From: a virus
Lineage: Duplodnaviria; Heunggongvirae; Uroviricota; Caudoviricetes
DNA: 64,000 bases
Virus record (IMG/VR): IMGVR_UViG_3300006217_000002
Strand: one strand, 5' to 3'
The notes under the pieces were generated by a model that made no database searches, was not told the DNA's origin, and saw only the letters and a program-made list of their open reading frames with translations. Shown piece by piece: positions 39,646 to 49,433 of the stretch (position 1 is its first letter; each line of letters begins with the position of its first letter). Both the position numbers and the translations under genes were made by a program.

Positions 39646-39669
39646 AATAACTAAGAGAGGTGAAATCAA

Positions 39670-41967
39670 ATGGCTGGTAGAACAGTACTTCCTAGTGGGG
39701 AAGAATTACAGGTAACACCTGAAGAAATACTGAGATATATAAACCCTGATGGCCTGAGACAATTGCTTCGACAAGAAAGATTGAGATGGAATCTTAAAAC
39801 TAATAAGGATGTTGATTATTACGATAATACTCGTTTAAGCAAACATTCTGGAGAAGCTCATAATGAAGGATTGTATCAGAGATTAGAAATAAGGACGTTT
39901 CCTGATAACGGAGCAAATGCTGGATATACCGGTATTAATAATGATAGCGGATTATTCGGTCTTCCTCATAATGTCGAATTATGGGATAAATCTATATCAG
40001 AAGAATCACTGAAAGAAATAGTAAATAGAACTACAATAGGTTCTCTTGCTAAAATTCCTGGTAAAAGTGGTTATGGTCTTGATGATAATGGCAAGATGAC
40101 TACTGATACAGATAATAGAATTGCTTTAATCTTATTCGATCCTGAAGATGGAAGAGCTTATTTATTATCGAATGATGATCCGAATTATGTAAATAATGAA
40201 ACTAGATCAGTAGATCAAAGGATTCCTGAACGTGCTGTAGCAAGAATTGGAGATATACCAACACGAATGGCACAGCTTGAAAATGATTTTGACATGGTAG
40301 CTGATCCTGACTATGTTCATACCGATAACAACTTCACAAACTCAAACCGTTTTATTCTTGATAATATTGATGATAGAACGTTTGTTTATCCCGAGATTGC
40401 TCGTGATAAAAATGGTGGAGATTTTATCGAGAATTATCGTGTTGGATTAAATGGCGAACCAGACTATGACGAATGTGATGGTTTGCTTACACCTAATTCA
40501 CAACCTGATTTAGGTGTCAATCCTGATCTTGGTAAGTATGGAGATAGATTTGGAGAAGCAATATCTTCATATAATAAAAACATTAATTTCTCTGGAGTAA
40601 ATCATCGAAAAGGTTATCTTCCTGGAATATTCAGATCATTAGAAGAATTGGAGCGAGTGGATTTGATTGATCAAACTATGACTCCAAGAACTCATCAAGA
40701 TACACCTGGAGCTAAGAGACCTAATAATTATTACATCTTTGATGGGAAATGGTCTCCTAATTGGTTTGATAGAATTATGTATAATGATTCTTATCTTGCT
40801 CAATCTCTTAACCCAAGCAATATGGAATTAAACGTGCCTGATGTTGAGCCGACCCCTTTTGGAAAATTAGATCAAAGCGAAGATAAGTTTAACATGGGAA
40901 AATTATATCAGTGGAGATACAATAGAGTTACGCTTAAATATCTATCTGAAGATATCACATGTAGTATTGTAGAATCAGGTGAGCAATATAGAGTTGGAGA
41001 TATTTTAAGATGGAGCTTCGCTGATGATAGTTTTGTGTTTGAAGTTACGATGGTGGGAGCTAATGGGCAAATTCAAAGAGGTGAATTTAAACCTGAAGCA
41101 AATAGAGTATATGAGCAGGATCCATCTACACATGGTGTTGGGGTTCCATTTGCTAATACAAGCGGAGTAGGTCATGGAGCTAAGATTGCTATCAACTCAA
41201 AGGTTACAATTGAAACTCATGCATCTCAGATAAAAAATAATTTGTATGCATATGTGGATATAACACCTACAGTTAGATCTGATAATTCACTTCCGTGGAG
41301 TGATACTAAATCGTCAGATGATCAAGATGGTAAAGTGGTTGTAAGATCTACAGCTGCTGGTCCTGCTTATTCTGGAATTAATTCTGGTAGAGGAGGTCCT
41401 GCTCCGGATGAATTAACTTCTGATACTGTATTCTATGAGCATGGAGGAAATGCAACAGCTGGTGTTCACGTACATTTATTTAGATACGTAATTGATACTG
41501 AAAATCCGACATGGGTTATTAGAAATGGAATTCAGATATTTACTGGTAGATGGGTTGATCAAGGTCCTATGGGTATTGAAAGACCTTGTGATATTAAAGC
41601 ATTATTATTCTCTAATCCTGATACGAATAACTTCAATAACTATTATAAGTTCTTAATGGATACTATGTTTGATACAATGAATCGTAATCCTGATACAGTT
41701 ATTACTAATGATAAGAATTCTATTACGAATGCATATATTCATTATGATCAAGAGGATCCTGAACCTGATCAGAAATTCTATCAATGGAAGATTAATCCTG
41801 AGACATCACAAGTTAGCAAAGTAGATATAACTGAAAAAGTTCTATATATTAACCTTGCTACTGGAATTACTTTTGTATATAATCAGTCATTCAAGAATGA
41901 TCCGAAATATGGTTATGGTATGAGAGCTCCTGGATGGGTTGCTATTGCAGGCGCAGTTTCAAAATAA
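39670..41967 (+). CDS. Large hypothetical protein, probably virion structural
   Basis: 765 aa, Gly/Asp/Asn-rich; SGEQYRVGDIL...FEVTMVGANGQI...TSGVGHGAKI beta-repeat typical of tail proteins. Confidence 0.55.
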   Translation: MAGRTVLPSGEELQVTPEEILRYINPDGLRQLLRQERLRWNLKTNKDVDYYDNTRLSKHSGEAHNEGLYQRLEIRTFPDNGANAGYTGINNDSGLFGLPHNVELWDKSISEESLKEIVNRTTIGSLAKIPGKSGYGLDDNGKMTTDTDNRIALILFDPEDGRAYLLSNDDPNYVNNETRSVDQRIPERAVARIGDIPTRMAQLENDFDMVADPDYVHTDNNFTNSNRFILDNIDDRTFVYPEIARDKNGGDFIENYRVGLNGEPDYDECDGLLTPNSQPDLGVNPDLGKYGDRFGEAISSYNKNINFSGVNHRKGYLPGIFRSLEELERVDLIDQTMTPRTHQDTPGAKRPNNYYIFDGKWSPNWFDRIMYNDSYLAQSLNPSNMELNVPDVEPTPFGKLDQSEDKFNMGKLYQWRYNRVTLKYLSEDITCSIVESGEQYRVGDILRWSFADDSFVFEVTMVGANGQIQRGEFKPEANRVYEQDPSTHGVGVPFANTSGVGHGAKIAINSKVTIETHASQIKNNLYAYVDITPTVRSDNSLPWSDTKSSDDQDGKVVVRSTAAGPAYSGINSGRGGPAPDELTSDTVFYEHGGNATAGVHVHLFRYVIDTENPTWVIRNGIQIFTGRWVDQGPMGIERPCDIKALLFSNPDTNNFNNYYKFLMDTMFDTMNRNPDTVITNDKNSITNAYIHYDQEDPEPDQKFYQWKINPETSQVSKVDITEKVLYINLATGITFVYNQSFKNDPKYGYGMRAPGWVAIAGAVSK

Positions 41968-41969
41968 AA

Positions 41970-42002
41970 AATAATGGGGAGCTGTTAGAGCTCCCCATTA
42001 TT
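41970..42002. terminator. Bidirectional hairpin terminator
   Basis: 14-bp stem AATAATGGGGAGCT/AGCTCCCCATTATT. Confidence 0.8.
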
Positions 42003-42022
42003 ATAATTTCTTTTTTCTCTTC

Positions 42023-42307
42023 TTAAGATTCTTCAATTACTGAATCTAAAATATCGATATCTTCAATTTGACATATATGTTCATTGAAATATTTCTTTAA
42101 CTCCGTATTTCCTTCATCCATATATTCATATGGAGCCATGAATTTAAATGTCTGATTGATGTTTTCTGTTAGCGGAATAAGTACTTCAACTTCAACATAT
42201 CGTTGGTTATCACCAACAACACTTTCTGTGAAATACTGAGAAATCTTATTTCTATATTTAGCTGCCTTATTTTCAGCAACTCGCCATTCTATTTCACTTG
42301 CTCCCAT
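42023..42307 (-). CDS. Hypothetical protein
   Basis: 94 aa; GGAGGT RBS. Confidence 0.65.
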   Translation of the reverse strand: MGASEIEWRVAENKAAKYRNKISQYFTESVVGDNQRYVEVEVLIPLTENINQTFKFMAPYEYMDEGNTELKKYFNEHICQIEDIDILDSVIEES

Positions 42308-42309
42308 TT

Positions 42310-42795
42310 TTATACCTCCAGATTTATCATTTTTGATTTGATTGCATAAAATCTTCTATTAAAACATGAATGAATTTTTATTGTATATTTATCTTTTTTA
42401 AACTTTAATGCATTGATATCAACCAAATGTTTTATAACTGTATTTCTACTATATCCTTCTATTTCTTTTGATAAAATTCTATCTAGAGCTTTACCTCTTA
42501 TACACAAGCATTCATTGTATATTACGCAATCATGTTTACTGTCATCAAATAATTGCAAGGATGGAGCAATTTTAAAATCTCCTAGTTTATATAAGAGAGT
42601 TATTAATCCGAGATAATTATTATTAATACAAATAATCATTATTTTTGAATGTGCTGACATATGCATTGTTAATACATTCATACCTAAAATCATTCCAGAT
42701 TTGAAATTAGTTGCGTTTTCAAAAGATGATGATTTAATTAATTTATCCAATTGATCTTTATCTTTTACACATATTACATTTTTAATAATAATCAA
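42310..42795 (-). CDS. Hypothetical basic protein (possible winged-helix C-terminus)
   Basis: 161 aa; TTG start after GAGGAGG. Confidence 0.55.
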   Translation of the reverse strand: MIIIKNVICVKDKDQLDKLIKSSSFENATNFKSGMILGMNVLTMHMSAHSKIMIICINNNYLGLITLLYKLGDFKIAPSLQLFDDSKHDCVIYNECLCIRGKALDRILSKEIEGYSRNTVIKHLVDINALKFKKDKYTIKIHSCFNRRFYAIKSKMINLEV

Positions 42796-42884
42796 TCCTC
42801 CTCATTTATATCAGTATTTTCTTCAAGAGCAATATCTGTATCGTTGTAGTCTCTATCGCCTACAGAATATTCGTTCTCATCCAC
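42792..42884 (-). CDS. 30-aa acidic peptide (not in the ORF track)
   Basis: AAGGAGG RBS, GTG start, MDENEYSVGDRDYNDTDIALEENTDINEED; stop overlaps the next start. Confidence 0.55.
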   Translation of the reverse strand: MDENEYSVGDRDYNDTDIALEENTDINEED

Positions 42885-42950
42885 GCAAGTTCCTCCTTCC
42901 CATAGAGTTGTAGCAGAATGGGAAATATTATCCTCTATTCTCTTATAATG

Positions 42951-42959
42951 ATAATATAT
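42951..42959 (-). promoter_or_regulatory. Putative early promoter motif ATATATTAT
   Basis: Upstream of the small-gene run 42884-42023. Confidence 0.45.
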
Positions 42960-42987
42960 GAATAAGTATTGTTAATATACTATATAG

Positions 42988-43173
42988 TCATGTATTACTT
43001 TTAGGAGAATAATTAGAATGAATGATTTTATTAATCTTTCTTTCTATTTTTGATATACGAACTGTTCTAACAATAACTGTGATTACGAGGATAAAAAATA
43101 ATACGAGAAGAAGCAACTTTATACAATCACATATACACATGTTTCCGAATAGTTCACAAATATCTATCATCAT
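42988..43173 (-). CDS. Small membrane protein
   Basis: 61 aa, one hydrophobic helix, AAAGGAG RBS. Confidence 0.55.
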   Translation of the reverse strand: MMIDICELFGNMCICDCIKLLLLVLFFILVITVIVRTVRISKIERKINKIIHSNYSPKSNT

Positions 43174-43230
43174 AATCTCATCTCCTTTACTATATAATAT
43201 TTTATCTTCTAGTCATAATATTAAACACAT

Positions 43231-43266
43231 ATACAATAGGATCCCATTAATGGGATCCTATTGTAT
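43231..43266. terminator. Perfect 36-bp palindrome, probable terminator
   Basis: ATACAATAGGATCCCATT/AATGGGATCCTATTGTAT after the 1086-aa gene. Confidence 0.75.
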
Positions 43267-43272
43267 CTATCA

Positions 43273-46200
43273 CTACTCGTCTTTCTTAGGTTCATCTTCT
43301 ATTGGTCCGTTTAGTATATCACCTTTTTGGATCATCATCTGAATATAAGTATCAAAAGTATCACTTAATACTTCCTTAAGTTGAATCTCTCCATTTGAAT
43401 CTTCAGCTCGATACACCTTTTTGTCTTTGATATTGAACACTCTAAGATCTTTTGGAGTAGCAGCAAATATGAGCATTTCGTCAAGATGTTTGTTATTAGC
43501 ATTTAATTTTCGTAATTCCGCCACCTGGAAAAATGTTAAATCTCCGGCTAGTACACATAACATAGGATTAGCAAGACGATAGAAATATCTCATCTCATGT
43601 GGAACGAATGGATACGAATCATGAAATGCATCCTTATCAAATATACTACCGAATGTATTTCTAGAATTATATTCTTTGCTCCATTCGATAAATGCAATAT
43701 ATAACTTCTTACGTCTCACTCCATTTTTATCCGACTCTGCTCTATCTGCTTGTTTTGGTAATGATTCTTTTTTTGGCTCAGGGTTTTCTTCCTTTACTTC
43801 TTCTTCGTTAGGAGTTTCGTTACCAACTTCGTTATTCTGATCACTATTACCTGAAGTATCTGTCCCTGCATCTTTTTCATCCTCACTTTCTTTATTAGTA
43901 ATTTTATCATCGCTTTCCGATTGTTCATCTACAACGTTGTTATCCAATTCAGGAGGTGAGTCTATCTCTTCATCGAGAACATTTTTTTCTTCCACAGTAT
44001 CAAGTTCAGGAGGATCTTCAATATCAGCTTCTGTGAAAACTTTTCCTTGAGGTATCACTCGTTCACAAAGAACTTCAGTTCTCCAGCTTTGATTTTCCAT
44101 ACTTGAATATGCACTTGACTCAAATGATTTCCTGAATTCTTCATCATTCATAAATTGCTGTATCCAGTCGAATCCTTCCTTAATAGCTTGACCTTTGTCA
44201 AATAGTCGATCATCTTCCAATCTCCACGATTCAACATATTCTCCTAAACTCATTCCACATCTGTAATTAGAATGAGTAGCAAATACAATTCCATCATACT
44301 TATGTGAATTGATATCATTGTCATCGTTATAGACTTCTAATACAGCGTCTTTAATTTCATTCACACTATTGTATGGTCCATGAATACCAGATTGATCCTC
44401 CCAAGCATTCTCAAACCACCAAAATTTGAATGGACCTTTTGCTGCATTTTCTTCATTAAATGGAGCTTTCCAGTCAGCAGATAATTTGGCTTCCTTAGCA
44501 GCAGTTCTGAACCACGTAAGAGTATGAGAGTTACCTCCTATAGGATTATCTTTACTGAACTCAACGAAGAAAATTTGTCCATTTATGATTCCAAGTGAAT
44601 GAAATATAAATGCTTCAAATAATGCCTGATCATGGCAATTACCTTTCTTTTCTACGTATACTTCTGATGGAAGTTTCAATTTCCATCCAGTGATAGTTTT
44701 ATCGTACGAAATATTCTTATGCATCCATTCGTAAATTTCTTCTGGTGTATGTCCAATCTCATTTAATGTACTTGAGTTAAGTACAATTGCTTCATTAGAC
44801 ATAACACTTTCATTGAATGATTCATTTGCTGATTGGTTAGTACTAAGAAACATATCATATTGAGAAGATAAACCATTATCAACTTTAGATTGACTTTCCT
44901 GTGAAATTTCAAAACCATGACTTTTATAGGTCTTTAATGCTATCTCATTATCCATCTGAACTGATAATGCATCTACTCCATGATCGATTGCATAATCAAG
45001 TAATTGATGACTAAGTCCATATCCATTATAAGCATAAGCGACATCCATTCCAGAAATCCATTTATGACCATCATCTTTATTGGGAACTTTGTCATATGTT
45101 ATAGAACAAACATAGTTTCCTTGATCATCAACCCAGAGTAAACACTCATCATCATATTTAGGATCATCATCTCTCATATATGAAATAAGTTTACCTTGAT
45201 CAGCAAATTTCTTCGTGAGTTCCTTTGTTATTTTCATCATTGTGAAATCTGAAAGAGACTTAGTTCCTTTTGGTTTGAAATTTTCATCAACATTACTCTT
45301 CAGAACCTTGAAGTAGTCACTTTCATCAAACAGATTTATCCTCATACTCTCAAATATGTGTTGCTGAATAAAATGGAAATTTTCTGCAATTCTTTCATTG
45401 TAAACATTGTCGCGTTTCATAGTGTTGATTTCTTTTACAGTATCACGATGAAACTGTTCAGCTTTAAAACCAATCTTTTTAGCTGCTTCAATATTTTCCT
45501 CTCTATCATCAAAGAAGATACATGTATGAGGATTTAACTTAAATCTATCAATAAGAAGTTGATAAATTTTAGGATCAGGTTTTTGACATCCAACATCATA
45601 TGAAACTAATCCCCCATCAAATTGATCAAGATATTTAAATTTTCCTTTCTGCTTCATAAGTTCGAATCCACTTTTATGCCAATTGGAAAGATAATATAAT
45701 TTGTATCCTTTATTTTTCAGCTCCTTGATCATGGAATCAGTATAATCATATGCATCTCCAGATAATGCTAATATTTCAAAAATATCATCTGAATATTGTT
45801 TAATATCATCCGTAAGAAAAGATTGATATAATTTCTTAGCATTGAAAATTGATGCAGTTTCATAATCCTCCAATTTGTCATAATAAGATTTTACAAAACA
45901 ATCAAGCTGAGTCTCATTAAATTTATTATGATATTTCTTCTTGATTAATTCTTTTCCGCCTTTCGGTTCACTTAAAACAGAGCCTATATCGAATATAACT
46001 GTATCAACTCCATCGAAATCAAATCTTTCTGTGAACTTCTTTGTTTTAGTATCTTGGAAATAAAGTTCACCATGATGCCATACTGGCTCAATACTCAATT
46101 CTCTGAAATGTTTATTAAGATGAGCAACTATTTGTTTATTTTCTGGAGTATGATTTACAAGAACTCCCTGATTTCTAGCACATATGTATGCTGATCTTAA

Positions 46201-46533
46201 TCCAGGTATAGATACGACTAACTGACCATTCTTGATAACGTGATGCGGATACTTACATCCAGATCTGCTAAATGGAGTACGACCATATGGACTATTTTTA
46301 ATATCTTTTACAGGAGCTACTGCATATGCTTCTTTAAGAAAACCAGGCCAATCACAGTAATCGCCAGATTTAATAGCAGCTTCTAAATCCTTAGGATTTG
46401 TAGGAATATCTCCTTTACAATACATTGCATCAAGAAGTTGATCATATAGTTTAGCTCCAGGGTCTTTCCATTTACCTTTAATTATAGCTGCTTTTCTGCT
46501 ATTATTAATTTTCAACACAATTAATTTTCCCAT
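43273..46533 (-). CDS. Multidomain (polyvalent) protein: KYPHH domain, HAD phosphatase, GNAT acetyltransferase, transglutaminase-like domain, acidic linker, C-terminal domain
   Basis: IFDIGSVL/LSNW/KPDPKIY/FFDDREEN (HAD); YNGYGLSHQLL...NEIALKTYKSHGF (GNAT); WMHKNISYD/GNCHDQA/SHTL/WFE (transglutaminase-like). Confidence 0.8.
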   Translation of the reverse strand: MGKLIVLKINNSRKAAIIKGKWKDPGAKLYDQLLDAMYCKGDIPTNPKDLEAAIKSGDYCDWPGFLKEAYAVAPVKDIKNSPYGRTPFSRSGCKYPHHVIKNGQLVVSIPGLRSAYICARNQGVLVNHTPENKQIVAHLNKHFRELSIEPVWHHGELYFQDTKTKKFTERFDFDGVDTVIFDIGSVLSEPKGGKELIKKKYHNKFNETQLDCFVKSYYDKLEDYETASIFNAKKLYQSFLTDDIKQYSDDIFEILALSGDAYDYTDSMIKELKNKGYKLYYLSNWHKSGFELMKQKGKFKYLDQFDGGLVSYDVGCQKPDPKIYQLLIDRFKLNPHTCIFFDDREENIEAAKKIGFKAEQFHRDTVKEINTMKRDNVYNERIAENFHFIQQHIFESMRINLFDESDYFKVLKSNVDENFKPKGTKSLSDFTMMKITKELTKKFADQGKLISYMRDDDPKYDDECLLWVDDQGNYVCSITYDKVPNKDDGHKWISGMDVAYAYNGYGLSHQLLDYAIDHGVDALSVQMDNEIALKTYKSHGFEISQESQSKVDNGLSSQYDMFLSTNQSANESFNESVMSNEAIVLNSSTLNEIGHTPEEIYEWMHKNISYDKTITGWKLKLPSEVYVEKKGNCHDQALFEAFIFHSLGIINGQIFFVEFSKDNPIGGNSHTLTWFRTAAKEAKLSADWKAPFNEENAAKGPFKFWWFENAWEDQSGIHGPYNSVNEIKDAVLEVYNDDNDINSHKYDGIVFATHSNYRCGMSLGEYVESWRLEDDRLFDKGQAIKEGFDWIQQFMNDEEFRKSFESSAYSSMENQSWRTEVLCERVIPQGKVFTEADIEDPPELDTVEEKNVLDEEIDSPPELDNNVVDEQSESDDKITNKESEDEKDAGTDTSGNSDQNNEVGNETPNEEEVKEENPEPKKESLPKQADRAESDKNGVRRKKLYIAFIEWSKEYNSRNTFGSIFDKDAFHDSYPFVPHEMRYFYRLANPMLCVLAGDLTFFQVAELRKLNANNKHLDEMLIFAATPKDLRVFNIKDKKVYRAEDSNGEIQLKEVLSDTFDTYIQMMIQKGDILNGPIEDEPKKDE

Positions 46534-46749
46534 CTTACAATCTCCTTTACTATAAAATTACAGGATGTTATTATCAGGTAACTTTTATTATTTCATTATA
46601 ATAAAAATATATAATTTATGAATTCTGCAATACCATATATTAATCCTAGAAAGATTAATTAAAATGATTTAAATTGTCAAATTAATTAGTCTTTGAAATT
46701 GTGGGTTATATAAGTCATGATTACGTAACACCTCCCTAAAATTGTTGAT

Positions 46750-46793
46750 ACAGAATGGCGGTTGGCCCTTAAATGGGCTGGCTGCTGTTTTGT
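46750..46793 (+). other. G-U-rich 19-bp RNA hairpin in the divergent intergenic region
   Basis: ACAGAATGGCGGTTGGCCC-TTAAAT-GGGCTGGCTGCTGTTTTGT pairs fully only as plus-strand RNA (7 G-U pairs). Confidence 0.6.
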
Positions 46794-46860
46794 CTATTAT
46801 TTGAACTTTTTGGCAAACGGGATTATAACAAGAAAGCATTCATAATAGAGGTGATCAAAA

Positions 46861-48327
46861 ATGATTATAACAAAGGAAAGAACCAGACTAATCTTTACTG
46901 AATATACGCCATTAGAAAAAAAGAAAATAGAAGATCTAGTGGCTAGTCTTGATAATGTATTTTTATATCAAGATCCTGACGATAAAATGATAGGTCTTCC
47001 TACAGGAATGGAAAAAACTATAAAACAGCTTTTTCATAAAGCTAAATTTATAGACCATTCTAATAGCTATTGGGAATACGAAAGAATTACTCCAGTAGAA
47101 CACAATGCTCAACCTAGAAACCAATTACAAATCGATTTCATAAAGTTTGTATTAGATCACGCCAAGAAACGTGAGAAACTTGCAGGTATCTTATCCCCTG
47201 GAACGGGAAAAACATTTATGGCATGTTATTCAGCAATCAAAGTTGGTTTACGAACATTGATCATAGTTCCTACATCTGGAATCAAAAAACAATGGGGAGA
47301 AACACTAACTGGCATGTTTAACGTTGATCCGTCAAGAGTTAAACTTGTGAATTCGCCAAAAGATTTTATCAATGTAAAGGAAGATTTCGTTGTTGTATCA
47401 CAAGCATCATTATCAGTACTAAATAAAACATATGATCTTGAAAAGATTATGCAAAATAATAAATTCGGTATTAAAGTAATCGATGAAGTACAGATGTGGT
47501 TTCATAATATTATCAAAGTAGATGCTAATTCTAATATAGCTCATAATTGGTATCTTACAGGAACATTTGGAAGATCAGGAGATACAGAGAATAAATTATA
47601 TCAAGAAATGTTTGGAGATTTAGCTATATTTAGAGAGGAACAAAAGAAGGCTACTATATTCAATAGAAAACCTGGTAATGTATACGGAATGAAACCTCAT
47701 ATGCATGTAAGTATGATGTGGACTAAATCAGGATTATCTCCTGAAGAAATCAAAGCAGTAACATCATCAATGAGGTATAGTGAACGTGAAGGAAAATGGA
47801 TAAGATATGGAATAAGCATTCCTGCATATACAGAATTAGTTATTCCTCCAGATGGTACAATGACTAGATTCCTAAAAAATGTTCTTAAAACTGTAGAAAT
47901 AGCTCAGAATGAAGTTAAGTATGGAAAAATGCTTATTCTATCTCCTACAATTGTATCAGTTAATATCATAGCAGGTTATGTAGAAAAAATGTATCCAAAA
48001 CTTAAGATAGGAACTATTAATTCTCATAATAGCGCTGCTGAAAATGATAGAGTAAAAGCTGAATGTGATATATTAGTATCTACAGTAAAATCGTGTGGTA
48101 CTGGATTTGATGTAAAAGATTTATCTAAACTTGTAGTAGCAGAACAGTTTAAATCTTGGATATTAGCAGATCAAGTATCAGGAAGATTGAGAAGAAGACC
48201 AGATGGGAAAGACACTTATATGTGGGATATTGTAGATTCCCAGATTCCTCAGTTAAGAGCATGGGCTAATGCACGAGCAGACGTACTTAAAAGAAAAGCT
48301 AAATCATTTAAAGTAATAGACATGTAA
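46861..48327 (+). CDS. Superfamily 2 DNA helicase (UvsW-like)
   Basis: PRNQLQ, SPGTGKT, IVPT, IDEVQ, LTGT, GTGFDV, QVSGRLRR. Confidence 0.85.
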   Translation: MIITKERTRLIFTEYTPLEKKKIEDLVASLDNVFLYQDPDDKMIGLPTGMEKTIKQLFHKAKFIDHSNSYWEYERITPVEHNAQPRNQLQIDFIKFVLDHAKKREKLAGILSPGTGKTFMACYSAIKVGLRTLIIVPTSGIKKQWGETLTGMFNVDPSRVKLVNSPKDFINVKEDFVVVSQASLSVLNKTYDLEKIMQNNKFGIKVIDEVQMWFHNIIKVDANSNIAHNWYLTGTFGRSGDTENKLYQEMFGDLAIFREEQKKATIFNRKPGNVYGMKPHMHVSMMWTKSGLSPEEIKAVTSSMRYSEREGKWIRYGISIPAYTELVIPPDGTMTRFLKNVLKTVEIAQNEVKYGKMLILSPTIVSVNIIAGYVEKMYPKLKIGTINSHNSAAENDRVKAECDILVSTVKSCGTGFDVKDLSKLVVAEQFKSWILADQVSGRLRRRPDGKDTYMWDIVDSQIPQLRAWANARADVLKRKAKSFKVIDM

Positions 48328-48360
48328 TAAAGTATGGGGTGAATATCACCCCATACTTTA
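48328..48360. terminator. Bidirectional hairpin terminator
   Basis: 15-bp stem TAAAGTATGGGGTGA/TCACCCCATACTTTA. Confidence 0.8.
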
Positions 48361-48369
48361 TATTGACAT

Positions 48370-48774
48370 TTAAAATCCGAATAAAATGAAATATATAATC
48401 CATGATCCAATAATCTGGATTAAATGAGATACTTGATCCTGTATTAAATTTATACATAATTTATTTGCTTTCATATCATCTACAATAGAATGGATAATCC
48501 CATTAAATAATATTATAACTATACTTAATATCCATCCAATATTAGATCTTGTAGATGTGATATTATGTAATAATAATGGGATTTGAATAGCAAATGACCA
48601 CGAAAATCCATGTACTAATAATACAGCAATATAGTCGTACTTATACGAATCTTTATATTGCGGATGGTTTAACCACCATGTCTTTTGTTTCATATTTGCA
48701 ATTGTATCTCCTTGATGGAAATCAAGAATGCAATGGATAAATATCATTGCAAATAATAAAATAATTTTAAACAT
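48370..48774 (-). CDS. DUF3307-like membrane protein
   Basis: HCILDFHQG, LLVHG, IHSIVDDMK, DQVSHL pattern with hydrophobic helices. Confidence 0.7.
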   Translation of the reverse strand: MFKIILLFAMIFIHCILDFHQGDTIANMKQKTWWLNHPQYKDSYKYDYIAVLLVHGFSWSFAIQIPLLLHNITSTRSNIGWILSIVIILFNGIIHSIVDDMKANKLCINLIQDQVSHLIQIIGSWIIYFILFGF

Positions 48775-48822
48775 AAATTGAACCTCCCTTAACGATATTC
48801 ATTTATAACAATATTAATATTG

Positions 48823-49053
48823 TTAGTCATAATAAATATTTAAAGTTCTGATAGGAACTTGTTTGTTTGGAGACTCTTTATTATATTTTATACCAAACGT
48901 AGAATTTACATTCTTAATGTTTCTATGTTCTTTAAGCCATTTTCTTGCGAGCTCAATCATTTGATTAAATGTAGCTTTACATTCATTTCCATTACCATCC
49001 GTAAATGTTTGGCCTTCCTCAAATGTTTCACATTTTCTTTTAATCTCAGCCAT
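48823..49053 (-). CDS. Hypothetical protein
   Basis: 76 aa; GAAAGGACGG RBS. Confidence 0.6.
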   Translation of the reverse strand: MAEIKRKCETFEEGQTFTDGNGNECKATFNQMIELARKWLKEHRNIKNVNSTFGIKYNKESPNKQVPIRTLNIYYD

Positions 49054-49167
49054 AATATTACCGTCCTTTCTTAAAAATTAAAATAATTTACTGTATTTTA
49101 TTATAAAGTAATTATATATTCTATAAATGTATCAGTACATAAAATATATTTAAGGAGGTATATTGTT

Positions 49168-49431
49168 ATGAATCAACAAACTCAAGATACCACAAATAAA
49201 CCCATTATGCATATTAAAGTTTCTGAGAAACTTGGATATATTAATGGGAAAAGACTTACACAAACTTTGCAAAAGTTTTATTCAGATAAGTTTGTATTAA
49301 TTACCACTGGGAAATCAGTGGAGTTGACTGCGGATAACATGGTAGTTATTGATGTACATGAAGATACCAACATTGATGATTTCATTTGCAAAATCGAAAA
49401 CTTTTACAACAAAACAACTCAGGAGGTATAA
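49168..49431 (+). CDS. Hypothetical protein
   Basis: AAGGAGG RBS; 87 aa. Confidence 0.65.
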   Translation: MNQQTQDTTNKPIMHIKVSEKLGYINGKRLTQTLQKFYSDKFVLITTGKSVELTADNMVVIDVHEDTNIDDFICKIENFYNKTTQEV

Positions 49432-49433
49432 TA

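Noticed and set aside
46534-46860. tRNA or known riboswitch in the long intergenic region
   Set aside because: No cloverleaf, T-loop GTTC motif or recognisable aptamer consensus; only the single G-U hairpin is supportable
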